Source of the DNA: Phoronis australis
Lineage: Eukaryota; Animalia; Phoronida
Assembly: GCA_002633005.1 (NCBI GenBank)
Contig: NMRA01000140.1
Coordinates: 773,395 to 837,394 of the forward strand
DNA: 64,000 bases
Direction of reading: 5' to 3'
Under the pieces are notes generated by a model. The model did not search any database, was not told the origin of the DNA, and worked only from the letters and a program-made list of their open reading frames with translations. The stretch's first letter is position 1. The number at the start of each line of letters is the position of its first letter. Made by a program: the position numbers and the translations under genes. This document shows, in pieces, positions 51,597 through 64,000 of the stretch.

Positions 51597-52232
51597 ATGA
51601 ATTTTGATTACACGTGCCGGCCAGAACTTCAACTGCCGAGTGCAGTTTCAGGACGCCAATTTTCAACTGAATGGTACGAAATGTGTAGTTCATCGTCGCC
51701 ATCACCTCATACGGGTGGAGAAAACATAAGCATTCCGGAACTACACGAGTACAACGCGTCGTGTCACGGTTGGCGGCACATAGGAACAGCCGCAAAGCAG
51801 GTAGACTTTCGAAATTTCTCTGACAGGTGCAGAAAAGTAGAAACTGATGCTTTAACGAAGGAAGTGGAAAAAGCGACGGGAAGGCGCCAACGAATACACA
51901 TACCACACAGTCAGCGACCTAAGGAGTTTGTGGTGAAACGAAACGCCAGAGAGCGAAACAGAGTTGGTATAATCAATGGATACTTCCGGGAACTGCAGCA
52001 GCTCGTGCCGACAATGCGAACTCATCAAGAAGACAACGTGTTGCGACTGTCGAAAGCCAGTATCATCCGGGGCACAATCGATTACATTCAGTTTATCCAT
52101 AGGTGCATCGGTATTCCGAATTATTTCGAAGAAACAGATGGTGGTCAGTTCGTCCCTTGTCAGTTAGATCCAACGCAGGGAGTTGGTGAGAGCTTCAACG
52201 AAAATCAAACTTTCCAACAAACAGACCGACAG
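51597..52232 (+). CDS. Achaete-scute-like bHLH transcription factor, coding exon 1 (divergent ASC-b/ASC-c type)
   Basis: HIPHSQRPKEFVVKRNARERNRVGIINGYFRELQQLVP...RLSKASIIRGTIDYIQFI is a group A bHLH with the achaete-scute RNARERNRV basic region. Donor CAG|GTAAAT after 52232 (phase 0); the ORF-track extension beyond runs into repeat DNA. Confidence 0.8.
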
Positions 52233-53656
52233 GTAAATGACATTTTCTCTAGTTCCTCAACAATATTCTTAATAAAGTGCATTCGCAGAGCATCGGCTAA
52301 GGGTCGGGGTTTAATGTTCAAACTCGAAATCAAACTCGGAATTATTTTGCGCATTGTTTGTTTTGCTTTTGTGGGAACTCGTGACACGTATCTTTCATTC
52401 TGTGCTCGGTTAATTCATGGTTTACGTAAATAAGTGTCTTGATGACCACTAGATTCGAGATGCAAACTTGACTAAGGCCTCGAGATTTCGAGTAAAAACT
52501 CAATATTTCGAGTTCAGACTCGAGATTACTATTTTGATGCACGGATCAAATAGTGCAAACTTAGATTAGACAGACATTAACGAAAAGCATAATGTACTCG
52601 AGCAGACGATACACTTATCCTGAGTTTGCATAAAAGCGAAACGAAAATGTAAATTATAATTTCTTGTTCGATTTCTAGTACAAAATATTAGAACTAAGGC
52701 ACAGGGCTGCGTGCCGTGGACCCAATACATTAGCCAAGCACTTGTTTAAGTCAATATCCCATTCACACCGGCCAATCACTTCAGTAGCCGCCATTTACCT
52801 AGGTTACGCTTGCAAGATCTCGCGCGTACTCGCGAAACACTTTCACTCGCGTGATTTTGCGTCGATATGCGTGATTTGGCTGTTCTCGCAAGAAACTGTC
52901 TGCGGAAACCCACCCAGGAGCAGGTTCCGTGCATGCAAGAGACTCTCTGGTGCAATGAGAAATCTACCTTTGCGGAACGAAAACATACTCCCATAATTCA
53001 ACATCCCAGCGTCGCCGACCAAGCATTTCAACTCTATGTTTTTCACAACTTCGTTAAGTTTTCCTCAGGTTTAAGATTTTTACCTAAGCGAGAACGCACG
53101 TATTGTCAAACGCACGCGCGTTTAAGCGTTCAAAAGGTTACGTCAAATCTGTGAACAGACGTTACAAACAAGTTTGCGTTACAGTTGCACACCGGAAGAT
53201 CGGAAACTGCACAGAGAGTATCAGCGAGTGTACATCAAGCTGTCCAGTACAACGTACAGTCGCGTTTTCAACCAAGTTTATGTTAATAAATGGCTTTTAT
53301 CGAACTATACGGGTGTTCGAAGTGCGCAAATGTGACGATTTCAATGTTTTTATACAATGTACGGGTGATGCGGTGGAGGCGATTGCGAAGATGTCGTTTA
53401 CTGTACGAACAGCCTCAAAGATTGCCGGAATAGCATGCATATTTCATTATATTCCAAAATATGGTTTGCCTGCAAAATGTGTTGCACAAGCTGATATTAA
53501 CGTATGCAATAATGTACTCGAAAACGTCAAACGGGAATGAACGAACTTTGTATCGAAAGAGCTTGATAAAGCTACACGTAGTATTCAACTAGTTCACTTC
53601 TGTTGTAATAATTCCAAATGTCACGAGTTTTGTTGAAGGCTTGATACTGAGTCGCT

Positions 53657-54430
53657 CGTTACACTAATTCTTTTGTTGATAACCACGTTAGGTCTTTCAT
53701 ATCTAGGAATGACTCTCATGATGACACTGAACCTAGTACTAGTACCACTAAGAACGTGTATTATAAGAACTGTATGTCTAATAATTATCTGAGTGACGAA
53801 CATGTACTTAAGACGGTCGTAAGGGATAACGTTCAGGTGGTCAAACCTGCGGTGATAGATTGAATGTAGTTATTTGTTATCAGAAAATAAAGTTACGTCA
53901 CCTTGTGATGAAAAACAACCCCAGTCGTGAAAGACTGCGACCAGTGGCCAAATGTAAAGTTGTTTACCAATTCACGTGCCATTTGGACGAATGTCTTCGT
54001 CCTCATTCTCGTGAACAGCGTTACATTGGACACACGGTGTGTTCTCTCTCGTGACGGTTGCCCATGTACTTGCAGGGGGTCCATTCAAGATCATTTTGTA
54101 CACCAACATGGCTAAGAAATAACTATAGGCAAGAAATAGTAGACAATACCATCATTCTCCATGTTAAAAATGACACATTTCGGCTAAAGATTTTGGAATC
54201 GTTATTGATCAGTCACTAAAAAACCTGTTTTGAATGAGTAGCTCACAGGTGTGTACCGCACGCTGGCTCTGTTTTGATAGGGTTGTGGGCTTCCTGCAGT
54301 GGGTTGCATTCACACTCTCTGCTTGTATGCCCCTCTTCCCATTGTCACGTGTATTTCACTGTTTATTTCGCTACCTATATGTTCATTCTACTTATTGATG
54401 AGACATGCAGTCTCGAAATATAGCTAGTGT
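53657..54430 (+). mobile_element. Degenerate Penelope-like element 3' part (RT-thumb/linker plus GIY-YIG endonuclease, frameshifted)
   Basis: Joined frames give YTNSFVDNHVRSF...VYYKNCMSNNYLSDEHVLK...NVVICYQKIKLRHLVMKNN...VVYQFTCHLDEC...YIGHTVCSLS*RL...GSIQDHF...RLKILESLLI...PVLN, the PLE GIY-YIG signature, followed by a hammerhead-like motif. Confidence 0.8.
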
Positions 54431-54472
54431 TTTAATTTGTTTGTTTGTTATGTCTTTCGGTGTTTTGCTATA

Positions 54473-56151
54473 CATATTTATTCAATAACTAGGCCTCCGG
54501 CCCTTGTTACAATCAAATCATCAAATACAATAAAGGTAAGTGTCAAACACTAGAAGTAAACCGAATTCTTCTTCGCTTGAATGCGAAATGAACATATTTA
54601 CATGTTGACCATATAAGATCTTTTTCCTCCATAGTCATGAGTCTGTGGAATTTTGTAACATTGGGATTGTTGTAGCTCCATGCAGGCAAATATCGTTTCC
54701 TAAGGTCATCGTAGAATGGGCATTCGATAACAAAATGATATTCCGACTCGACATATGTCCTAACACAGAGAGGGCATAACCTTTCTGTTCTGCTAAGTTT
54801 CAAGTGTCTACCCTTTTCAATCATTAGTGCATGCGCTGAACATCTCAATCTCACCATATCAGATCTAACATTTACATTGTCAATTACATCTAAATAGTTT
54901 TCAAAACATATATTTAACTTAAAAGTTCTGTAAGTTTCCAGCTTAATCGAATTGTTCAAAATATCTTGCCATTTTTGCTGATCAATATCTTTGCATCTTT
55001 GTTTAAAAAGTGATATGAAGCTTGTCTCGGACCCTACACCCTGATTATACCATGCTTCTCCAAAACCAAACTGAAATAACAATTTCTTAACATCATTAAC
55101 CCAGCACGGTTTATTAACATTTTCCGTCATATTGTACTGCCATTCATAGCAATGATATGTAATTTTTGACTCATCGGTTTTTAATAGTTTTAACCAATAT
55201 TTCATAATTCTAGGAAGTCGGTAAGCAATCAAGGAGTAACGACCCATCTCACCTCTAGCAGTCGATGAAATTGCCGTGCTAGGCAAATTTAAAATTTCTT
55301 TACAAAATTTTGTGTGGACTATTTCAATACATTCGCAATCATTAAAACCCCAGATCTCACAGCCATAATGAAGTATCGGCAATATTTTACAATCGAATAA
55401 TTTTAAACTAACTTTAACAGGGAGTGCATTAAAACCATTGACATTTTTTCTCATCAAATTCACTGCCTTAGTAGCCTGTAATGATAGAGTTTTCTGTGCG
55501 CAAGACCACGAACCTTTCGTAGTAAACATTAATCCTAGATATTTGTATGCATTTACAATATTAACAGTATTCCCATCATACGTCCATTTTTCATACGATC
55601 GTAACATTCCACCTTTTCTGAAAACAATTATCTTAGTCTTCGACATGTTAACAATCAATTTCCATTTCTGGCTATACTCATATAAAATGTTCAATTTTTT
55701 CTGCAGTCCTTTCACACTATAAGAAAATAAAACCAAATCATCAGCAAACAGCAGATGCAATAATTCAGCTGATCCCATGGAAATTGTTTCACCTCCCCCG
55801 GATTCTAATTCTTGTTCGAGATCGTTTATAAATAAAATAAACAAAAACGGTGATAGCTGAGAGCCTTGTTTTAGACCATTATGACAATCAAAGAACTCCG
55901 TGTAGCTTCCGTTACTCATTTTCACGCACGCTTTTACTTCAGCGTACATTGCTTTTATTATCTTATACATCTTACCTTCTATGCGATTGTTTCTTAATTT
56001 AAAATACAATGCGCTTCTATATATACTGCCATAAGCTGCCTTAAAATCCACGAAAGCACAATAGAATCTACCTTTATCTCGTGTCAAATATTTAATTATT
56101 AACGTATATAAAGCAAACATGTGATCCACCGTACTGTGTCCTTTCCTAAAC
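54473..56151 (-). mobile_element. 5'-truncated non-LTR retrotransposon (LINE; RTE-X/CR1-group-like), RT plus C-terminal CCHC; ORF 54543-~56150
   Basis: FRKGHSTVDH, AFVDFKAAY, GLKQGSQLSPFLF, LLFADDL, YKYLG, RLRCSAHALMIEKGRH, LCPLC..ESEYHFVIECP. Short 3' UTR with a GGGCC-GGA-GGCCT hairpin and AATAAA. Candidate TSD GCTATA at 54467-54472 and 56152-56157. Confidence 0.92.
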
Positions 56152-57937
56152 GCTATATAGTTGCACACATGAAGAAAGGAGACCGTTTCGACACTACGAG
56201 TGACTCAGTATTAAGCTTTCAAACAAAAAGTTTAGTCGTGTTTTCAACAGAGCTTGTGTTCACAAAGGGCTGCTACAGAACTATAATGATTTCAAAATGC
56301 CATAAGGTATATAAATATGTGCAGTGCTTATCATCGCAAACGCTATCACCACCATCATCGGCACCACGATCACACGAGGAGTTGTTAGTGCCCTCATGAG
56401 CAATGACCAATTAATTGATTAGCTTAGGTTTGTGAGCAGTTTTTGTATAATTGCACGCTCTAATTAATTTGCAATAATCATGCATTTATCACCGTTGAAA
56501 TGTGGGTCTAAAATAAGATAAGCTCCGGCTGTACAAGAAGATTAAACAAAACAATATTCTGGGAATATGACATGCGGCGAAAATCGATTTTTATTGTGCA
56601 ATTTCTTTGTGTGCTGATGAACATTGTCTTCGAAACTGACAAAATTTGTCATTTTACTCGTTGTTTTCAAAAAAGTGGACTTTTCTGCCGCTGTGCCTTC
56701 AACTGAGATAGGTGGCGGATATGAGTGTGCCAGTTGAATTTGTTGCTACAATTTGGATATTCTATCAAACTTGTACCTCCACAGCACGACGACGCATCAT
56801 ATGTTACTTCGAATGTATATTCAAAAATTTGGAAGTGACAGATTTCGCTGTCTGTTGGACAAATTTTGTTAGTTCACGAAACACCCAACAGGATTGACGA
56901 AACACTAATGAATTGACAAACTTGATTAGCCGACATTGCATCAACGGAACGCAGTTGAAGTGACAGAGCGGAATCAACTGAACTGGTTTGAATATGAGAA
57001 ATGTCATAGGCGAAACAGACTCGACTTCATACAACACGACTGAATTTACAAAGTAGTATTGTGTTTGCGATAAAGGATAAAAGGTAGCAATTTTTGCCCA
57101 TTTGCCCCCCCNCCGCCCGGCATAAAACGTCCTGGCACGCGATTGTTCAACTTGGCTTTGGTGACAGATTGAACACAAACATTTTGGAAATCTGTTGAAA
57201 TAAGCAAAAACTTGGAACAAGCAAGCCACGAAGACGAACTCAGATAAAAGCGACTGAAGTCAAACCATCACGCGGCAGCGTTATTCGGCTAGAGTACGCT
57301 AATTTTTCATTGAACCTACCATTCTTTGCAGTCAATCCATGGACCTCTATCCCTGGAATGGCAACTACCGCACGTGACTACTGCATTCTATTATTAGAGT
57401 TTGTGACCCCGAGACTAGCCGCGAGAGTTTGCACTGTGAATTTCCGGCACACTGCTCAACTGAGTTTTGATCGAGTGTTGTAGTTATCAAATCAAGCTTA
57501 CTTTCATTGTTCCATTTCCATTTTGACATTTTTGTTCATCAAGCGAGACTCTTGAGCTACGGTTCTAGACAACCAGCGATTTCTCGGCAAAATCAGTGAA
57601 CAAACCAGACAATTACATTGGCCATTCTCTATAGGCAACGACCCGTAGCCCTGGCTGGATACCGGGAACAGACATCTTTTCATCTCTTAGTCTTAGAACC
57701 ACTTGAGACATCATTTTTGAGTTTTTCAACAAGACATTTTTGAATACTAAATCATGTAACAGTATTTTACGGAAAGAAGTGACTCATGGTTTCTTACTGT
57801 TTGATCTGCAATTATAAACGAAACGTTTAGGCCCTACTAGCAGTTGTGTTGACGTAACTACTCGTATTTGCGTAGCTAAGTGTGTGTGTTCGTGTTTGTA
57901 TAACTTATTACTGTTTTCAATTGTTTCTATAATAACT

Positions 57938-58135
57938 CTTATTATTCCAGTAATAAAATTTTATTACTGGAATAAATCAACCAATCAGATGCCAGGAATA
58001 ATTACTATAATAAATATTTATTACTGTAATTAATATTTATTCCAGTAATAAACATTTATTAAAGTAAATAGCCCTGGCTTCTGGTTGGCTAAAATTATTA
58101 CTGGAATAAATCGCGAATTATTTCAGTAATAAATT
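57938..58135. repeat. AT-rich foldback element built from TATTCCAGTAATAA units in both orientations
   Basis: Repeated TTATTCCAGTAATAA / TTATTACTGGAATAA, plus inverted AACCAATCAGATGCCAGG / CCTGGCTTCTGGTTGG. Confidence 0.65.
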
Positions 58136-58717
58136 GGACTTATGTCGCACTTGGCCTCCGATATGCGTGGCACCCTAAACACGACTCTCTGACTGTCAAA
58201 CTTTTTGCAGGGACTTCATGTGCCATGTTCGTCGATCAGTGATTCAGGTTTTTGTGAGCGCAAGCTGTGTTTTGTGAATCTGCTCACCCTATTTGATGGT
58301 TGGTGAAGTGAATTTACTGGACCGTGTGTCGTATTTAAAGCGACATTAAACACGTTCCCTCTGTCAAAAACAAGTCTTAATTCAGGCCACTTTTCGTTAT
58401 AAAACTGCTCTATGATAGTTTCTTTGTCAAATCGGAAGTTTCAACAGTATTGCAGTTCCTTATTTTTTCAAACCGAACTGAAAATTGTTTAGCTTGGTCT
58501 GAGGAAATGACAATCTGTCGGTTGCTACCGAGCCCAAGAAACAAGATAATACTAATTTATTTGAACCTAAATCAAATTGTTGATAGAAAGCACGAGTTTA
58601 ATACCGCTGTAAAAAACAAGCACTTTGTAGACGAGTAAGAAAGTCATGTTGTTTCTACACCCTGTTAACAGGACTTGAATGGTGTGCATCGTTATTGGTG
58701 TTTTATTGTTTTTTCAG

Positions 58718-58801
58718 ATGGGGAGGACGACTTTCCTCAGCGAAGACCAAAAATTGTCTACTATGATTACCGGTCCTGTCCCTAGCACGATGGATGTATA
58801 A
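58718..58801 (+). CDS. Putative terminal exon of the bHLH gene (MGRTTFLSEDQKLSTMITGPVPSTMDV*)
   Basis: Strong acceptor TTATTGTTTTTTCAG|; phase 0 compatible with the donor at 52232; no homology support. Confidence 0.35.
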   Translation: MGRTTFLSEDQKLSTMITGPVPSTMDV

Positions 58802-61800
58802 CCAGCCTCTGGCTAGTGTTGAGAAGTGTGATACGAATTAAGCACATTAGCGACACATAGTGGCTGATAACGTCCTCTTGTAGTCAACACGTTATTGTAC
58901 GCGCTCGCATATACGTATGTGGGTACATATTGTCGTCATCTCTGTCTGGGCGTACCCTGCTGCATCTGATAAACCCCTTGCAGGATCTTAATAAGATTTG
59001 ACAGATGTGATCCTATGAAGCTGACGACAAATGACGATGAGTTCAGGGCAGATCAGACTTCTAGTATGCTTCTTAGTGGCGATTTTCATGTTGTTACATT
59101 TTCCTCTGTTTCCTCCGAGTTCCTAACTGGATGTTCATGAAATTTGACATAATGATTTCTATTAAAGGGACGGCGAACCCTTCCTATTTTCAGATAGATT
59201 TGACATCTTTGCGTCAAAAAATGGCCATTTGACTGTCTTCAAGTCTGTTTTGGCGCCTGCGTCTCTATTGGAGAAACTGCTTGAAGGATCTCGATGTCAA
59301 GAAGATTACGGTATCATTGATTTTCGGAGGTGCCCTACTAATGTGGTGCCCTCTTGTGGCGCGACTTTGTCTCCTCAACCTCTGTTGGAAACTTCGTGAA
59401 ATTTGACAAGTGTTTTCTCATGAATGTGACAACGGATGACGACGTTTTTGGATGGATCCGACTACCGCTGTGCCCCTATTGGCAAGTTTTGTTACGTTTC
59501 TCTTTGCATCTCGAGGGTTTCTTGACAGACGAGGGACGGCGACTGAGCTCCTCACATTTTCGGTCGGATTCGACATTCTGTACCACCTAGTGGCCAATTT
59601 TGATACTAATAAACACCCCCTAGAACCATACCGTTTGCTTTGCGGTCTTTTTATATTGGGATGTTGTGCTTAGAGTCTTCTTTATGTTACGTCTTAGGTT
59701 TTATGTGTAATTATTTGTTAACAAACAATGCTGCCAATGGTTCAAATGGGTTAATAGAATTAACGTGTACATTTTCTATGTAAACTCGGCGCTGATATCG
59801 TGTTGATCACATCACATCCCAGGCTGCAATTTTACTACTGTTTTTGTAATACTTAGGAACATCTAGAATATTTTTGAACAGACAAATATTTCCACGAATT
59901 AAATGAATCCAATAATGTTTCAATCTTCAAAATGTGACACACGATGACAAATTTTTGAAAAACAACGGTTCAACTTTCGGTGTGGATCCCTTTGTTTTGA
60001 TTTCTAATGCGATGAGTTATCGGTAACGTTAATAAATCACATATAAGAAAAACCGCAGATTGAATGGGTTGTCGGGTCACTTCAACGGTTAGCCGAGCTA
60101 ACTTTATTAATCTCACTTGGAAATTTTGCTTTTTCGTTTTGAATATATTACACCGTAAAACTCTGGTGGCAAAGCGGCATTGGCAAGTATATTTTTATGA
60201 ATTGTATTTCTATCTTATTGTGCTAAGTCAATTCTTAAATTCTCAGAGTGAACCATTATCCACTGATCTGGCTTTGGGCGTAGTCTTCGTAGTCATCTAC
60301 AACATTATTATCGATTGAGACTGGGTGAATTAATGTGGCGTTTTTTTAGCCAGTCCGAGAGCACGTGGCTATGCAAATTTTCAATTTAGTGGCGATTTTT
60401 GTCTCAGAACAGCAAATCGTTAATGCAAAGACATGCGCCCAACACACTGAGAGGCATCGTCTTCGATTTGAGCTTTGGTTACTAGCCTTGGCACGTGACA
60501 CCGTGGGAGTTTTGAAGGTTTCATGTACGTAAGGACCTAGAAAGTATTAAAATTTGGTTAACTTTGGAACACCGTTATCTCATGACTTGGTTGGTCAAAC
60601 TTAAATGAAACATTCAGACTCTATGTTTTATGCAATAACTCCAAAATGCTGCTAGGATTTTTTTCCAAAATGTTCCACTTCTCATGAAGGCTAACCAAAA
60701 ATATTACTGATATGATCCTCGTGAAAAGTCCCGTTGCAACGATATGATAGTTTAGAAAACTACTTCAACTTTTTTTGTGATTTCATATTGAACATTTATG
60801 TCAGTTAAAGTTTTTCCATGTTACTGATACCGTCGTACCGCTGTCAATGTACCTTATTTATTTTGCTAAATTGTACTAAAAATGGCCATATGGCCCAGTT
60901 AGTTGCAGGTTATTAAACAGCCAAAAATTCTATTCTACAAGATTTCTACTTTCAGAAAATATACACTTGTTCTGCGTTAAAATTTCTTAGATATTCCCTA
61001 AGTACACAAACTCATCTACAAGGTCCTAGGTGATATTTAGTTCTTCTTTTTAAAGCATGATTATAAACCTGTGGCCAACAATGTGTGTTAGACAGAAAAT
61101 CATTTGCCAATTGCTCCACTGTGTAAGAATTGTAGGTGGACGTGAGGTAATATGCCCCATCTCGCTTGGCTTGATGAGCTCTTCCGTCGCTCGTTACTCT
61201 GGGATTGGGCGATATTAAACTTCCACCGACCCGCAAGTGTTGTGCAGGGACGTAGCTAGACATTATGTGTTCAAGAAGCGCAAACCACGTCACAAAATTT
61301 GATGTTGACAACATTGTTGGCCCTTTTGTGGTTATCGAGGTTCACTTTTGCTATGATATGATATGAAACCAAGGGTCATTATGTGTCTAAAATTGGCCGA
61401 CATTGACTTGTTATGTAATACATAATTACAGTAAAAGCACCGATGCAGAAATTAAACATTTTTATTAGTTCCATACTGTGACTTGTTTTTTTTTTTGTTT
61501 TTTTTTACAAACACAGGCGTCCACCTTTGAGGTTGGCGAAGTTTGTCACAGCTCGGTCTAAATCGGTGCTGTTGTCCTTGTGAATGTGTAACAGTGCTAT
61601 CTATGACAGCTGAAAGTCCGATGTTGTGTTTCTCAGAGCAGCTTGCAGTATGGTGTAAATCATTCACAGGACAGTTTTGAAAATTTTAATTACATTAAAA
61701 ACCTACGTTGTACGTGTGTATTTCTCTGATAGCAATACCCCGGATTTTCAAATGCAATAGTTGGCCGCTGAAGTCAATTTTCTCAACTAAAAATGTGTGT

Positions 61801-62989
61801 CTAAAGGAGGTCCCGATGACTACACAAAATCAAAGAACTCTAGCCCTGGAATGCCAACATCGAGCTCGCGCTACTGAGGCTGCGCCGCACATGCGTGGGA
61901 TTTGTTTGCATTCGTTTGTACCGTATTGGTTCTTGCGGTGGAATTAATTGTATTAACACCTTTCGCGACTTCGCCGTTCTTCTACCAAATTGCATAAGAG
62001 TCATATCATTAGAAAGCCCTTTATCGGTTCTTGATGGAGTATGATAACACCAGAAGCAAAAGGAGACTAAATTAATTCTTAAGTTTTTATCATTTCACAT
62101 AAAAAATATTTTTTATTTCTAAAAATCAAGATTGTTACCAAAACGCGAAAAGTCCCAGGATGTATTAGTAACTTGGATAAGAGCAACGCGGAGTGTTGAA
62201 ATGCAACCACGGGTGCACCGTAAGTAGCGTGCTTCTAGGGGTGTTTATTTATTTCACAGAAATGGCCACTAGATGACACAAATATGTCGAATCCATCCGG
62301 AAACAGGAACTTGTTATCATATCTTTAATAGAAAGCTATTTACCAAATATCGTAAAAATCAGAGAAAACGGTAAAAAAGAAATTGCCATTAGGGGGCTAT
62401 GGTCGCAAAAAGATATATAACTGCCGCTAGAAGGCGTCGAAGTCGTCGGAAAATCATCGCCAACCGTCCTCTTCACGCTAAGAACATATACGCCAATATT
62501 CACAATCATCCTTAGAGTGATTTTATTCATAGAGGGGCAGACGCAAAAACAGACTAAAAAACAGTAAAAATGGTCACTATCGCTTAACCACCCAAAATGT
62601 CTTGCTGAATAAGTCTTCGAAAGTGTTTTAAGATTGGAGCTGAAAAGATATCAGAAGCCCTACTATTCAGTTCCCAGCATCCAGCCAGAACTACAACTCC
62701 CTATGTATAAAGAATGACCCACAATGACCAATGCAGCTGTCAGGTTTATTGACTAAATTTGCCGAGAAATCGAAGGTTGTCTGGAACCGTACCTAAAGAG
62801 TCTCGCTTGATGAACAAAAATAACGAAATGAAAATAAAGCAATGAAATTAGATTTGATTTGATAACTATAAAATTCGATCAAAACTTAGTCGATCAGACA
62901 GCCGGTAAATTCACAGTGCAAACTATCGCAGGGTTGCAAGCTCCAACAAAAGAATACATGCTGGGTCCGTTCGGGAGTTGACATTCCTG

Positions 62990-63128
62990 GCGTGCGTTCA
63001 GTAGCGCTAGGACCTAGCTGAAATCTAGCCAGAATCACATGTTCTCATTGAAAGTACACGGCAATATCGCATGTAATCTCGCAAAGTCTTGCCGTTTAGC
63101 GAGGTCCTAGCGTTACTGAACGGGAGGC
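62990..63128 (+). mobile_element. ~140-bp MITE family A, copy 4
   Basis: GTTCAGTAGCGCTAGGACC...GGTCCTAGCGTTACTGAAC TIRs with the same internal core. Confidence 0.7.
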
Positions 63129-64000
63129 AGGTCTAGAGTTCTATGATAAGATGTGACCTCGTCAGTGCAGGCCATGCATTCACGTGATATCGCATGTTTC
63201 TTTGGCTCCCTGTGTCGTTGAAATTTGTCAGTCTCGTAGTAATGAAACACGTGCCCTGTTTTAGAATTTATTTGAGCGGGTAGTGCTCGAAAGAATATGT
63301 TGAACAGTCTTGAAAAATTAGAAGCGCGAACTAAGATAAATCCAAAATGTTTTGTTTGCCACAACGTATTTTTAATGACGACAAGTGGCCTTTTAAAATG
63401 TTGCATTGCTGCATAAAATATCGAAATCTGTATTTCATGACGTTTGTATGATCTTGTTCTATTGAGTATTTTTAACGATTTATGTGGCACAATGTTTCGT
63501 TTGTTTCTAAAATATTTGTGTTGAAATAAAATCTTTGACTTTGTGATAATAGCTTTCAGCTATTAACTCCTCGTGTAGGGAGCTGCTAGTTCAAAAACTC
63601 ATTTAGAGAAGACTTCTTGAAGTATGCTTTGACACACCAACTAGAGAATTTCCTTCTCGAAATCCAGCAATGCCCTGCCAAATCATACTCTTTCCAAACT
63701 TTTTCTTGACGTTGCGAACGGAATTTGAGTTTCCATGACAACGGTTTATTTACAGTTATCACTTATTTTAAGGGCTATCGCTACCCGGTCAATAACCCAG
63801 CGACCAATACGTGTACATGCATGCAATAAACTGCAGTGAGAAATCAAAAGGTGCCATTTCTTAATCTATCATGCAGTAAGAACTTATAAAAGGCGAGCGA
63901 TGGCGGTTCTAAATTTGATATCATATCAGAATATAATTGGTCGTCACAAATAGAATCTGAAAATAGGTTAGATAATTGATCTGTACCTGGGCCTTTATGA

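Noticed and set aside
52233-52433. Hydrophobic C-terminal extension of the bHLH ORF
   Set aside because: Follows a strong splice donor and overlaps a repeat also present at ~26145-26460, so it is intronic read-through.
54052-54054. TGA in the PLE endonuclease as possible selenocysteine
   Set aside because: It falls at an Arg-type position (LS-R-RL), best explained as CGA>TGA decay in a copy that has other stops and frameshifts.

Overview
AT-rich, intron-containing animal (marine-invertebrate-like) genomic DNA, not prokaryotic; the taxon cannot be fixed from sequence alone. Splicing exons by hand (GT-AG junctions, phase-checked) gives eight protein-coding loci. (1) A 2-exon Lys/Arg-rich plus Cys/Pro/Tyr-rich orphan. 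(2) An intronless Lys/Ser/Arg-rich protamine-like orphan. (3) A 314-aa orphan. (4) A 6-exon secreted DUF4434-like (bacterial-type TIM-barrel glycoside-hydrolase-like) gene with an in-frame TAA in exon 2. (5, 6) Two tandem 5-exon ependymin-related (EPDR) paralogues. (7) A 6-exon, 258-aa secreted protein largely missed by the ORF track, made of two tandem 10-Cys colipase-fold/prokineticin-Dickkopf-CRD2-like domains joined by a 39-aa Arg/Gly polycation; this is the most novel object here. (8) An achaete-scute-type bHLH gene. Intergenic and intronic DNA holds a young 5'-truncated LINE, Penelope-like retroelement remnants with hammerhead-ribozyme motifs (one as a ~600-bp inverted pair), a solo LTR, several MITE families and a telomere-like satellite. 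Four apparent tandem duplications, each containing a single N, are probably uncollapsed haplotypes. All family assignments come from motif recognition, not database searches.
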